Origin: an uncultured Actinomycetota bacterium
GTDB lineage: Bacteria; Actinomycetota; Actinomycetes; Actinomycetales; CAWJMD01
Length of the DNA: 64,000 nucleotides
Reading direction: 5' to 3'
Assembly (NCBI GenBank): GCA_963835085.1
Contig: CAWIED010000001.1
Coordinates: 78,270 to 142,269, forward strand
Below the pieces are notes generated by a model. It saw only the letters and a list, made by a program, of their open reading frames with translations, did not search any database and had not been told where the DNA came from. Position 1 is the stretch's first letter, and each line of letters begins with the position of its first letter. This document shows positions 30,045 through 38,736 of this stretch, piece by piece. Position numbers and translations under genes: made by a program.

Positions 30045-30660
30045 GGATACGCCGGGGACGGCATCACCGGATGATCTCGATCTCGGCTCCGGCGCTGAAC
30101 CTGGTGCCAAGTGCGGTAACTTCACCGCGGACGGCACCACCGAATGTCCTCGACCTCGGTTCCGCCGCTGAACCTGGTGCCAAGCGCGGCGAATACACCG
30201 CGGACGGCATCACCGGATGATCTCGATCTCGGTTCCGGCGCTGAACCTGGTGCCAAGTGCGGTAACTTCACCGCGGACGGCACCACCGAATGTCCTCGAT
30301 CTCGGTTCCGGCGCTGAACCTGGTGCCAAGTGCGGTAACTTCACCGCGGACGGCACCACCGAATGTCCTCGATCTCGGTTCCGGCGCTGAACCTGGTGCC
30401 AAGCGCGGTAACTTCACCGCGGACGGCACCACCCAACGACCTCAATCCCGGTTCCGGCGCTCAACCGGGTGCCAACCGGGGCGAATACACCGCGGACGGC
30501 ACCACCGAATGTCCCCGACCCCGGTTCTGGCGCTCAACCGGGTGCCAAGCGCGGTAACTTCACCGCGGACGGCACCACTCAACGACCTCAACCCCGGTTC
30601 CGGCACTCAACCGGGTGCCAACCGGGGCGAATACACCGCGGACGGCACCACCCAACGACT
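30045..30660. repeat. Tandem array, 73-bp unit, about 8.4 copies
   Basis: Period of 73 nt (for example identical ORF starts at 30290 and 30363). The unit is approximately CACCGCGGACGGCACCACCGAATGTCCTCGATCTCGGTTCCGGCGCTGAACCTGGTGCCAAGYGCGGTAACTT. Distal units diverge (CAACGACCTCAA..., ...AACCGGGGCGAATA). Confidence 0.9.
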
Positions 30661-30725
30661 CTGGACCGTGCCGGGTCGAGTCCGGCTTCTGCAGGGCTGT
30701 GACGGGGTCGGTTTTCTGACGCCGT

Positions 30726-30754
30726 GGCGATGCCCCACCGGACGGGGCATCGCC
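30726..30754. other. Perfect 11-bp stem hairpin abutting the IS21-derivative insertion point
   Basis: GGCGATGCCCC (30726-30736), loop ACCGGAC, GGGGCATCGCC (30744-30754). Confidence 0.7.
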
Positions 30755-30761
30755 GTAGTAG

Positions 30762-31361
30762 TGTCAAGGGCCAGTGAGAACTGCCCAGTGGCGGACATGA
30801 AACCTGCCCGCTGACGGTCACGAGATCTGCCCGGTGGTGGCCATGGGATCTGCCCAGGGGGGCTGCGGCCACCACCGACCAGGTGCGCTCCGAACCCTTG
30901 TAGCCCATCGCGACGAGCTTCTCGTGGGCCTTGTCGGCGCGGACCTTGCCCTTGGACCGCTCGACCCACTCCTCGACCTTGGGCAGGTACTCATCGATCA
31001 ACTGCGGCCGCGCGGCCACCTGGTCGAGCTCCCAGCCAGCGGCGCGGCGGTCCACGTAGTGCTTCACCGTGTGGTGAGAGCAGCCGGCCAGCTCCCCGGC
31101 ATCACGCAACGACCCGGTCAGGTCGTAGGCATCCAGAATTTTCATGATCTCCTCGGCAGACTTCAACTCATCCCTTCCTCGGGAGCGGTAGCGACTTCAA
31201 GCACCGCTCATCGCACCCGAGGAAGGGGCCTCAACCGCGGACCGCGGCAAGGCAGACGACGTCGTGTCGGGCAGATCCCATGGCCGTCAGTGGGCAGTTC
31301 TCATGTCCGCCAGCGGGCAGTTTCGTGGCCGTCTCCGGGCAGTTTCTCGTGGCCGCCGACA
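30762..31361 (-). mobile_element. Internally deleted IS21-family element (about 600 bp) with both multi-repeat terminal inverted repeats intact
   Basis: Left end TGTCAAGGGCCAGTGAGAACTGCCC...GGCCATGGGATCTGCCC (30762-30855). The right end is the inverted counterpart (31269-31361, ending ...CCGACA). Each end carries four copies of an approximately 22-bp (A/T)CTGCCC-containing subrepeat, as in IS21-type ends. Only a 5' istA fragment lies inside. Confidence 0.7.
30882..31166 (-). pseudogene. istA: IS21-family transposase IstA, N-terminal HTH fragment only (about 95 codons)
   Basis: KSAEEIMKILDAYDLTGSLRDAGELAGCSHHTVKHYVDRRAAG...KVRADKAHEKLVAMGYKGSERT, then similarity stops. TTG start preceded by GGAAGGGA. 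The DDE domain and istB are absent. Confidence 0.7.
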
Positions 31362-31697
31362 CCGTAGCGCAGGAAAAGCCCCGGCCTGTGACTGTCGAAA
31401 CCGCCCTTTGCGGAAGACCCGGGCAAACTGTGGCTTACCGTCGCCCGGCGCTGTCCGCCGTCGCTCAGCTACATCCACCTATCGCCCGGCTCTGCTCCGC
31501 CCTTGGGCTACGCATCGCTGAACTGGCCCAGCTGTTGCCGGCCTGCCAGGCGCCGCCAGCGGGCTACCAGTCTGTCGCTGGGCCATCTGGGTAACGGGGC
31601 GCCTTAACCCAGCCCTACCCCCACCGAACCTGGCTCGCGACACTCCGCCCACAGGGCTTGACACCCACATCTGACGACCAACCGAACGGCATTGGCT

Positions 31698-32777
31698 CTA
31701 GCGGCTCCAGCCGGTAGTGCACCGGTTGTCGATGACCTTCAGTGCAGGAGCGGGGGTCTGCGGCCCTAGCTCCATCACCTGGAATCGGTCGACCGGGATG
31801 TCCTTCAGCAGCTGGTAGGGCGTGCGCACCTGCCCGGCGTAGGCATTGTCGGAGAAGCTGTTCGCGTCGATCGCATACAGCCCAACAGCACCACCGGTGT
31901 CCACTAGGTACATGCCGTAATCCTGCAGCGCGGTGGCGATCGTTCGTTCCTGCGGCGTGAGATTGAGCGTGTCCAGATCGAGGCTCGGGTCGAGCCGAAC
32001 CCGGGCACCGGTCGGGATGGCGCCGTTGCCGGCCGTCTTGCCGTCCGAGGCCGTGGCTGGCCAGACCGGGCCGCCAGTGCGGGTATAGGGGAAATTGAAG
32101 GCGAGCGCGTGGTCAATCCGCCCAGCCGCCAGCTCTTGCGGCCAGATCGCTCCGGCGATGGGCGAGATGCCAGAGGCTCGACTGGATAGGCCGTTTGCGT
32201 AGGCGTAAGAGCCCACGGGCTGTGCGTTCATCCATGCCGCCGTCCAGCCTTTGGCGGTCTGCTTCGCCCCGTATAGGTCGTAGCGGCATTTGCTTGCGGT
32301 GTCGACGATCGTCAGGTGCGCGTCGGCCGAGCGGTCCGGGGTTGCGGACGGGGGCATCGGGACGCCCCTCCACGTGGTCGTCTTGTTGTGGACAAAGGTC
32401 GGGTCGAGGTTCGCGCCTGGCGGCCTGCCTTGCACGGTGAGGGTGACCCGTGGAGTGCCGACCTGCGCCTGGTAGACGGGCACGGTCCATTGGCTCGTCG
32501 AGATGCTGAAGCCTTTGGCCTCCGCCGCCCGTGCGATTCCAGCGGCCATCTCGGCCGAATCGGGGTCCACCCCGGCGTCAGCGGCGATCCGGCTATCGAA
32601 GGGGCTGGTGGGCGAAGACGCCAGACCGGACACCAACGTGCGGGAAGACGCCCCGAGTAGCCCGGACTGTGCGGAACTCGACCCGGTGGCAGAGCACGCA
32701 GCTGGAAGCAGCGAGGCCGCCGAGGACAAGGTGATGGCGACCGCGAGCGTCGCACCAGTACGACGAAGCAGGGGCAT
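31698..32777 (-). CDS. Secreted lipoprotein of unknown function
   Basis: Signal peptide with lipobox (LAVAITLSSAASLLPAAC). 359 aa with protein-like composition. No family recognised. Confidence 0.65.
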   Translation of the reverse strand: MPLLRRTGATLAVAITLSSAASLLPAACSATGSSSAQSGLLGASSRTLVSGLASSPTSPFDSRIAADAGVDPDSAEMAAGIARAAEAKGFSISTSQWTVPVYQAQVGTPRVTLTVQGRPPGANLDPTFVHNKTTTWRGVPMPPSATPDRSADAHLTIVDTASKCRYDLYGAKQTAKGWTAAWMNAQPVGSYAYANGLSSRASGISPIAGAIWPQELAAGRIDHALAFNFPYTRTGGPVWPATASDGKTAGNGAIPTGARVRLDPSLDLDTLNLTPQERTIATALQDYGMYLVDTGGAVGLYAIDANSFSDNAYAGQVRTPYQLLKDIPVDRFQVMELGPQTPAPALKVIDNRCTTGWSR

Positions 32778-33212
32778 GTGGCGTCTCTTTCAGGGCAGGA
32801 ATCAACTTCTGTCCCTGGTCGGGACGACGGCTGGGTGCCTCTAGCGGCTATCACCGGGACGCCGATCAGAATTACCTATGGTGTCGGCGCGCGTTCGTTA
32901 AGGTGCAAATGTTGAGCTTTGAACTTGAGTCTGCGACCTTGGATAGTCCAATATGACTGTTAGGTATCGCCCTCACTTTTTGTCTGGTCGTCACCGGCGC
33001 ATCGCCATTATGCCGAGATGTGGTTTGTGTCGGGGTAGGAGGAGAAACCGATCAGGCGTGACAGCACAGGTGTCGAGGTCGTGGGCATGCTTTCTCCCGC
33101 ACGGCGATCGTGTCCGCCGTCAACGGCCGGAAGGCGGCGACGAGTCCGGCGGCGCCGCCTCCGCCAACCGCACCATCCGTCTACCGCAAAATGAACGAGC
33201 AGTTCCATCACG

Positions 33213-34031
33213 TCACGCGCCCTTCAGCGGGCCGTCGGCGAGGAGGAAATCAACGATGAGCACGGCGACGGCGGCGAACATGTCAGCACCGGTCGAGGTG
33301 CCACAGCCGATTGCTCGGGCCGCCTCGATCAGCGGGGGCACCGCCGGCTTGGTGACCGCGTCCGCGACGAAGATGTTCGGGTTCAGCTGCTGCACGTCCA
33401 CCGGGAACGGGTCGTCGGCCTGCATGCCCATCGGGGTGGCATGGGAGATGATGTCGAACCCGGTCGGATCGTCGGAGCCGGCGACGACCCGGTCGCCGAA
33501 CCGCGTCCGCAGCCTCTCGATGAGGCCGTCCCGCCGCACCTGGTCGGCGTCGTGGAGTGCCAGCTCGGCGGCTCCGGCCTCCAAAAGCGCCAGAGCGATG
33601 GCGCTGCCTGCCCCGCCGGCGCCGACCTGCAGCACTCTCTGACCAGCCGGGTCACCACCGGCCGCCAGAATCGCGGCGACATAGGCGGCGCCGTCGACCT
33701 GGTCGCCGTGCCAGGTGCCGTCCGCATTGCGGCGGGCCACGTTGACTGACCCTAGGAACCGAGCTCGGTCGGTGAGGCTGGCGCAATGGGTGGCGAGTCG
33801 GAACTTGTGCGGCACTGTCGCGATGATTCCGCCGACGCTGGCGGACGGACTGAGTCCCCAGACCAGCGAATCGAGATCGGCGGGCGGTATCTGCAGCGGG
33901 ACGACCACGGCGTTGCGACCGCGGGCGGCGAATGCCCTGGTGATGCCGCCCGGGGATTTCACCTGGGCGATCGGGTCGCCGATGATGGGCACGACAAGAG
34001 TTTCTCCGGACAGGGCGGGGTAGGGGTTCAC
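33213..34031 (-). CDS. Shikimate/quinate 5-dehydrogenase family protein
   Basis: VVPIIGDPIAQVKSPGG...ATVPHK... plus the Rossmann motif VLQVGAGGAGSAIA. The GTG at 34031 overlaps the upstream stop (GTGA). The longer ORF to 34223 runs inside the upstream gene. Confidence 0.8.
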   Translation of the reverse strand: MNPYPALSGETLVVPIIGDPIAQVKSPGGITRAFAARGRNAVVVPLQIPPADLDSLVWGLSPSASVGGIIATVPHKFRLATHCASLTDRARFLGSVNVARRNADGTWHGDQVDGAAYVAAILAAGGDPAGQRVLQVGAGGAGSAIALALLEAGAAELALHDADQVRRDGLIERLRTRFGDRVVAGSDDPTGFDIISHATPMGMQADDPFPVDVQQLNPNIFVADAVTKPAVPPLIEAARAIGCGTSTGADMFAAVAVLIVDFLLADGPLKGA

Positions 34032-35857
34032 GAGTTCTCCGCAGCGGTGTCGAGGTAGGCGCGCTGCGGAAGCGGTGATCCGTCGGCGTTGGCTGCGTGC
34101 CGGGCGGCGACGTAGCCGAAGGTGAGGCCGGCGCCAACCTGACAGCCGGCGCCGGGGTATTCGGAGGCACTCATCGAAGCGGCGTCGTTGCCGCAGGCAT
34201 ACAGGCCCGGAATCGGGTCGCACCCCGCATCCAGTACCTGCGCGTCGGCGTTGGTGCGCAGGCCGAGCGCGGTACCGAGCGGGGTTGGGACAACCGCCAG
34301 CGCGTAGAACGGCGCCGTCTCGATCGGTCCGAGGTTGGCGTTCGGCCGGTGGTTCGGGTCGCCGTACTGCAGGCCGAACGGGCTGGTGCCCTTGCCGTAC
34401 TCGGTGTCCACGCCGGTGCGGGCGAACCTGTTGTGGTCAGAGACTGTGCGCTCCAAACCGTCCGGGTCGACGTTGATCCTGCTGGCAAGATCGCGGATGC
34501 TGGCGGCGCAGTGCAGGTATCCGGACTCGAGGTATCTGCGAAGGTACCTCTTGGGCAACTTCGGCCGGACCATGCCGAGGCCGTACCGGTCCAATGTCCG
34601 GGAGTCGACCACCAGCCAGGCGGGCACGGTCGGGGTTGTCGTGTTCGACTCATACATGGCGCGGGTGAAGCGGTGGTAGGAGACCGATTCATCCACGAAC
34701 CGCCGGCCGTCAGCGTTGACCGCGACGGTGCCCGGCTTGGCACGATCCCAGATGTGTGGAAACACGGCGATGGAACCGTCCTTGCGCCGCCCGATCGAGC
34801 TCGGGAACCAGAACGCGTTGTCGTCGCGGGGTGCGCTGAGTGTGCCGCCCACCGCCAGGGCCAGCGACAGGGTGTCACCAGTGGAACCTTCACCGGCGCG
34901 GGTGTATTGCGGAGTGGGGTCGGGCAGGTACTTGGCCCGCCATTGCATGCTGGCAGAGAATCCGCCTCCGGCCAGCACGACGCCGCATCGGGCGCGGACT
35001 CGCAGTTCGCGTCCCTGGTAAGCGACCATGGCACCGACGACCTTTCCTTCGCCGTCGGTGAGGAGGCGGGGAGTGGTTGCGTTGAACCAGACTCGCCCGT
35101 CATGTTCCAGCAGCTTGTGAAACAGGTTGGCCACGAGGGCATTTCCCATGGCGAGCCGAGTGCCGCGCGGGTAGCTCAAGAGGTCCATCGCCCAGCGGGC
35201 GCCCAGCTGCAGTGCAAGCAGGGCTGGCTTGGGCGATCCGTGAAGCAGCGTCAGGAGCTGGTTCACCTCGGCCCGGCGGACCATCATCGTGCCGCCGAAC
35301 AGGGCGAACTCGGGAACAGGTCGGCGGACACGGCCGAAGTTCTCCTTGCCCAACTGGCGCCCGTCGAACGTCTGCGGCTCCAGGGCGCGGCCGCCCAGGC
35401 TCGCACCAGGAATCTCCGGGTGATAGTCGACGACCGTCTTGGAATGCCAGAACCGAACCCCGAGACTGTCCAGATAGTCGATCGCCTTGGAACCGTTGGC
35501 CAGATAAGACTGGCGTACTTTGCGAGGAGCCTTGTCGCCCACCAGAGCGTCCAAGTAGCCACTGGCGACCTCGGCATCATCGATGATGCCGGTGGCCCGC
35601 TGGAACTGGTTGTTCGGTATCCAGCAGGTGCCCGCGGAATAGGCGGTCGTTCCCCCGAGGAATTCGGTCTTCTCCAGGACGAGGACCGACAGGCCTTCGT
35701 TCGCACCGGTGACCGCCGCTGACAGTCCGCCGGCTCCCGTGCCCAGGATGAGCAGATCTACCTGCTCATCCCAGTCGTCGAGCGCCAAGTCCTGATCTCC
35801 GGAGTCGGCGGGGTGGGGTCGGGAGGGGGTGGGGACTTCATCTCCGAGTGGGGGCAT
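34028..35857 (-). CDS. FAD-dependent oxidoreductase (fumarate reductase / 3-ketosteroid dehydrogenase flavoprotein-like)
   Basis: Dinucleotide fold VDLLILGTGAGGLSAAVTGANEGLSVLVLEKTEFLGGTTAYSAG. C-terminal GLYACGNDA motif. 609 aa. Confidence 0.85.
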   Translation of the reverse strand: MPPLGDEVPTPSRPHPADSGDQDLALDDWDEQVDLLILGTGAGGLSAAVTGANEGLSVLVLEKTEFLGGTTAYSAGTCWIPNNQFQRATGIIDDAEVASGYLDALVGDKAPRKVRQSYLANGSKAIDYLDSLGVRFWHSKTVVDYHPEIPGASLGGRALEPQTFDGRQLGKENFGRVRRPVPEFALFGGTMMVRRAEVNQLLTLLHGSPKPALLALQLGARWAMDLLSYPRGTRLAMGNALVANLFHKLLEHDGRVWFNATTPRLLTDGEGKVVGAMVAYQGRELRVRARCGVVLAGGGFSASMQWRAKYLPDPTPQYTRAGEGSTGDTLSLALAVGGTLSAPRDDNAFWFPSSIGRRKDGSIAVFPHIWDRAKPGTVAVNADGRRFVDESVSYHRFTRAMYESNTTTPTVPAWLVVDSRTLDRYGLGMVRPKLPKRYLRRYLESGYLHCAASIRDLASRINVDPDGLERTVSDHNRFARTGVDTEYGKGTSPFGLQYGDPNHRPNANLGPIETAPFYALAVVPTPLGTALGLRTNADAQVLDAGCDPIPGLYACGNDAASMSASEYPGAGCQVGAGLTFGYVAARHAANADGSPLPQRAYLDTAAENS

Positions 35858-36222
35858 TCATTGAGGTTCGCACGGGCTTGTATGTCACGTCCAACACTGA
35901 ATTGGTCATACTCCAAGTGCACAGCAAGCATAATCTCAGCTCAATCGGTCGCAATTTGCGATCCCGTTGGATCGCCGCGAGCGAAAGCCCAGGTTGCACG
36001 GCCCCGGAAACTTTCCGGCCCCGTTGCCCAGGTGACGACTACGCTGAGACCCGACCGCGAACGGTATGCGCGATAGCACCTTTCCACTCCTCTCGAATGC
36101 ATGCGGCTTCACTCATCGTTCACAGACACCCCGTCAGCACCTTTCGCGAGGTCGCCAGCAGGGCACGGTTGAGCGTCGCCGATTGTCGCTGCCTAGTCAG
36201 GGGCCGCGAGGGTGCCGGAAAG

Positions 36223-36813
36223 TCAGTCCGGCCGGGATAGCCCATCGAGATGGCGCGTGAGTGTGTCGGGCAAGTGATCTGAATCAACGGCGTCTCCGCG
36301 CCACAGCATCTGCATCGCGATTCCGTCGAGCAGCGCCCGCAGTCGCTGTGCCTCATAGTCGGGGTCGCGGTCTGAGTTGATTTCGCCCGCCTCAGCGAGG
36401 ACGTCGATGGCGATCCTGCATCCCCGTTCCACCGCTTCGTTGAGGCGGCGTGAGGAGGGTCGGAGTTCGGCGTCGGTGAGGGCGAGCACCCCAAGCTGGA
36501 CCTGCGCGACGAGTTCGAGCCGGCGCTCTCGATCGAGCGGGAGAAGCTGCGCCAGAAGCGCTTCAACCAGGGCTCGGCCATCCAGGTCCAGGGCCCTGAT
36601 TCTGGCGGTGACTCGCTCCTCGATAAGAGAGAAGCAATGCTCCCGGAGTGCGTGCTGCGTGGGGAATGCGCGCCGGAGCGAGGCCGTGGCGATGCCCGCC
36701 TCCTCGGCGACCCCGCGCACCGACAGACCCGTGAGCCCCTCGCGTTCGAGCACACGAAGCGACGCATCGGCGATCTCCGTAGCGCGTGCGTTGGTGTCGA
36801 TTCGACGGGGCAT
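36223..36813 (-). CDS. TetR-family transcriptional regulator
   Basis: HTH LTGLSVRGVAEEAGIATASLRRAF. Start taken at the ATG at 36811-36813, because the ORF extension to 37425 overlaps the upstream membrane-protein gene. Confidence 0.8.
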   Translation of the reverse strand: MPRRIDTNARATEIADASLRVLEREGLTGLSVRGVAEEAGIATASLRRAFPTQHALREHCFSLIEERVTARIRALDLDGRALVEALLAQLLPLDRERRLELVAQVQLGVLALTDAELRPSSRRLNEAVERGCRIAIDVLAEAGEINSDRDPDYEAQRLRALLDGIAMQMLWRGDAVDSDHLPDTLTRHLDGLSRPD

Positions 36814-36818
36814 GACGC

Positions 36819-37373
36819 TCAGCCCAGGGAGGTCGCGCTTGACTGTGCGGCGGGCGTCTTCGGCCAGATCGTATAGCTGAGCGCCCAGAGAAAGTCGATT
36901 GCGAAGATAATCCCGAGCACGCGGAAGAATTCGGAAAGCGCGGCGGTGCGCGCAGGATCGTCGACCAGCAGGATCAACCCGCCGAGAATCGCGCTTGCGA
37001 TCGCAACAGCGAGAAGCGTCAGGAGCGCGTCGCGCCAGCATTTGAGGGTATACGCAGGGCCAATGAGACGCTCTGGCTTCGGCCCGCCCGTAAAGCGATG
37101 AGCGAAACGCACGTCCACCCACGCCACCATGCGCCGCCCGTAGGCGATGGATATCCCGATGTAGATCGCCGCAAGCCCGTGCTGCCAAGACGCCGTGCCG
37201 CCTCGGAGAAGGTCGATGGCGACCAGGGTCAGCAGCACCGCGTCGATCACAGGCGCCGAGATGAGGAGCGCCGCGCCCAGGCGTGGGCGACGAAGGAGAT
37301 ACCGAGCGCTCAAGCCCGCGAGGAGCGCCACCCAGAACCCGACCTCGCAGGCAACGATCGCTACCAGAACCAT
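36819..37373 (-). CDS. Hypothetical integral membrane protein
   Basis: 184 aa with five hydrophobic helices. It ends 5 nt upstream of the TetR start (operon). Confidence 0.6.
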   Translation of the reverse strand: MVLVAIVACEVGFWVALLAGLSARYLLRRPRLGAALLISAPVIDAVLLTLVAIDLLRGGTASWQHGLAAIYIGISIAYGRRMVAWVDVRFAHRFTGGPKPERLIGPAYTLKCWRDALLTLLAVAIASAILGGLILLVDDPARTAALSEFFRVLGIIFAIDFLWALSYTIWPKTPAAQSSATSLG

Positions 37374-37448
37374 GGATTCGCCTACCTTGATCTCGCTCGA
37401 ATGTTATTAGCACAACTGTACTCACATCCTGTGCTCACTCACAGACCC

Positions 37449-37733
37449 ATGTCTTCCAATGCGGCGACCGCACTCGACGTGGCCACCGACATCCGTCTGG
37501 CTGCTGGGCTGGACAACTCGGCGACCGTGATCTGGAGCTGGCCGAACTCGACGGCTTCCAGGTCGCCGACGTTGCCGCGCTCGCGCCGTGCTTCCCCGCA
37601 GCGTCGGCGCGGCGGATCGGGTGGATGCTGGAACGATTCGCCGGGCGCGACGGAGCGTTGGCCCGAACTGTTCACCCAACTCGACGAGGCGCAACGCGTT
37701 TCCGTGCTGCAAGCCCTCGCCTCCGCTGGCTGA
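37449..37733 (+). CDS. Small ORF immediately upstream of the Fic gene (possible partner/antitoxin), reading frame apparently damaged
   Basis: The N-terminal (MSSNAATALDVATDIRLAAGL) and C-terminal (RWPELFTQLDEAQRVSVLQALASAG) parts look coding in this frame. The middle (about 37514-37640) looks coding only in the -1 frame (LGDRDLELAELDGFQVADVAALAPCFPAASARRIGWMLERFAGRDG). Confidence 0.3.
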   Translation: MSSNAATALDVATDIRLAAGLDNSATVIWSWPNSTASRSPTLPRSRRASPQRRRGGSGGCWNDSPGATERWPELFTQLDEAQRVSVLQALASAG

Positions 37734-37740
37734 CCCTTCT

Positions 37741-38360
37741 ATGGGTGCGTTCGACAGCTGGGAGTCGTACTTCTACCCGCCGCCGCACGCCGATACGCTG
37801 CGCAACCTCCCTGGCATCCTCGACCCGCGAGAGCTCGCCCAGTTCGAGTACACCGCTGTCGCCGCCCGGCAACGACTCCTCGCGATGGATCCGTCGCTCG
37901 CGAACGGTTTATTCGATGCCGCGCACGTGCGGAGACTGCACCGCTATCTGTTCCAGGACATGTACGAGTGGGCCGGCGACTGCCGGACGCAGAACATGGC
38001 CGCCCGCGACTTCGCCGACGTGACCACCGGCGAGATCGACGCCTACCTCACGGACGTACACCGCGTCGTCTCGGCAACCGACTGGCGAAGGCTCGGGTAT
38101 GAGGCATTCGCCGAACGGGCCGCGCTGGTGTTCGCGCTGCTAAACAATCGCACCCGTTCCGAGAGGGCAACGGGCGGACGGCCAAAGCGTTCATAAGCCA
38201 GTTCGCCGAGCGCTCACCATTCCGCCTCGACTATGGGCGCGTGAGCCCGGAGGTGTGGAACAACGCGGCAGAACTCAGCCGCCCGGATCGCGGCGACTAC
38301 GATGTCGTACCGGACACTCTCGTGCCGGTCTTCCAGCATTTCGTTCTCCCACGCCAGTAA
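37741..38360 (+). pseudogene. fic: Fic/DOC-family protein (AMPylase-type) interrupted by a -1 frameshift just before the catalytic motif
   Basis: The N-terminal part (FDSWESYFYPP...LRNLPGILDPRELAQFEY...HVRRLHRYLFQDMYEWAG) is in the 37741 frame. The Fic motif HPFREGNGRTAKAF and the C-terminus are in the frame ending at TAA 38358-38360. The junction is at 38143-38150. Confidence 0.75.
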
Positions 38361-38549
38361 GGCTCAGGGCAAGAGTCCTGCCGTCCACAATGTCCCGAAA
38401 CATCTCAACTCAGTCGTCTGTGCCCCGAGCCCTACCGCCACTCCACACGTCGTTGCACGACGAGCGGAGCCTCCGGCGGCAGAGCCTTCCTGACGGGGAA
38501 CGGTAGGGATGTGAAGGCCGCTCCATCCGGACCGGCCCTTCGCATCTCG

Positions 38550-38621
38550 TGCCCCCGAGAGGATTCGAACCTCCGACACACGGTTTAGGAAACCGTTGCT
38601 CTTCCCCTGAGCTACGAGGGC
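38550..38621 (-). tRNA. tRNA-Arg (anticodon CCT)
   Basis: Hand-folded cloverleaf: GCCCTCG TA GCTC AGGGGAA GAGC A ACGGT TTCCTAA ACCGT GTGTC GGAGG TTCGAAT CCTCT CGGGGGC A. U33 and A37 are present. CCA is not encoded. Confidence 0.85.
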
Positions 38622-38736
38622 GGGCGCCCCTCAGGCGTCCGGCAGACATTGTGGCGCACCCGGGCGTCCTAGACCGCATCGGGGCCACAACCGCTTGGCA
38701 CTAGGGCGCCGAGCGGCCCTCATGGCACCTGCCTAG

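Noticed and set aside
30045-30660. Possible CRISPR array (regularly spaced repeats)
   Set aside because: The whole 73-bp unit repeats, and there are no unique spacers between short conserved repeats. Variation is spread over the unit. No cas genes occur in the window.
30290-30814. ORFs 30290-30814 and 30363-30557 with identical N-termini (MSSISVPALNLVPSAVTSPRTAPPN)
   Set aside because: They are translations of the tandem array. The 73-nt period shifts the frame each unit, composition is Pro/Ser/Arg/Thr-rich, and there is no ribosome-binding site.
35994-36008. CCGGAAA-C-TTTCCGG palindrome downstream of the TetR gene as a terminator
   Set aside because: A one-nucleotide loop is sterically impossible. 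The effective stem is only 5-6 bp, with no U-tract.
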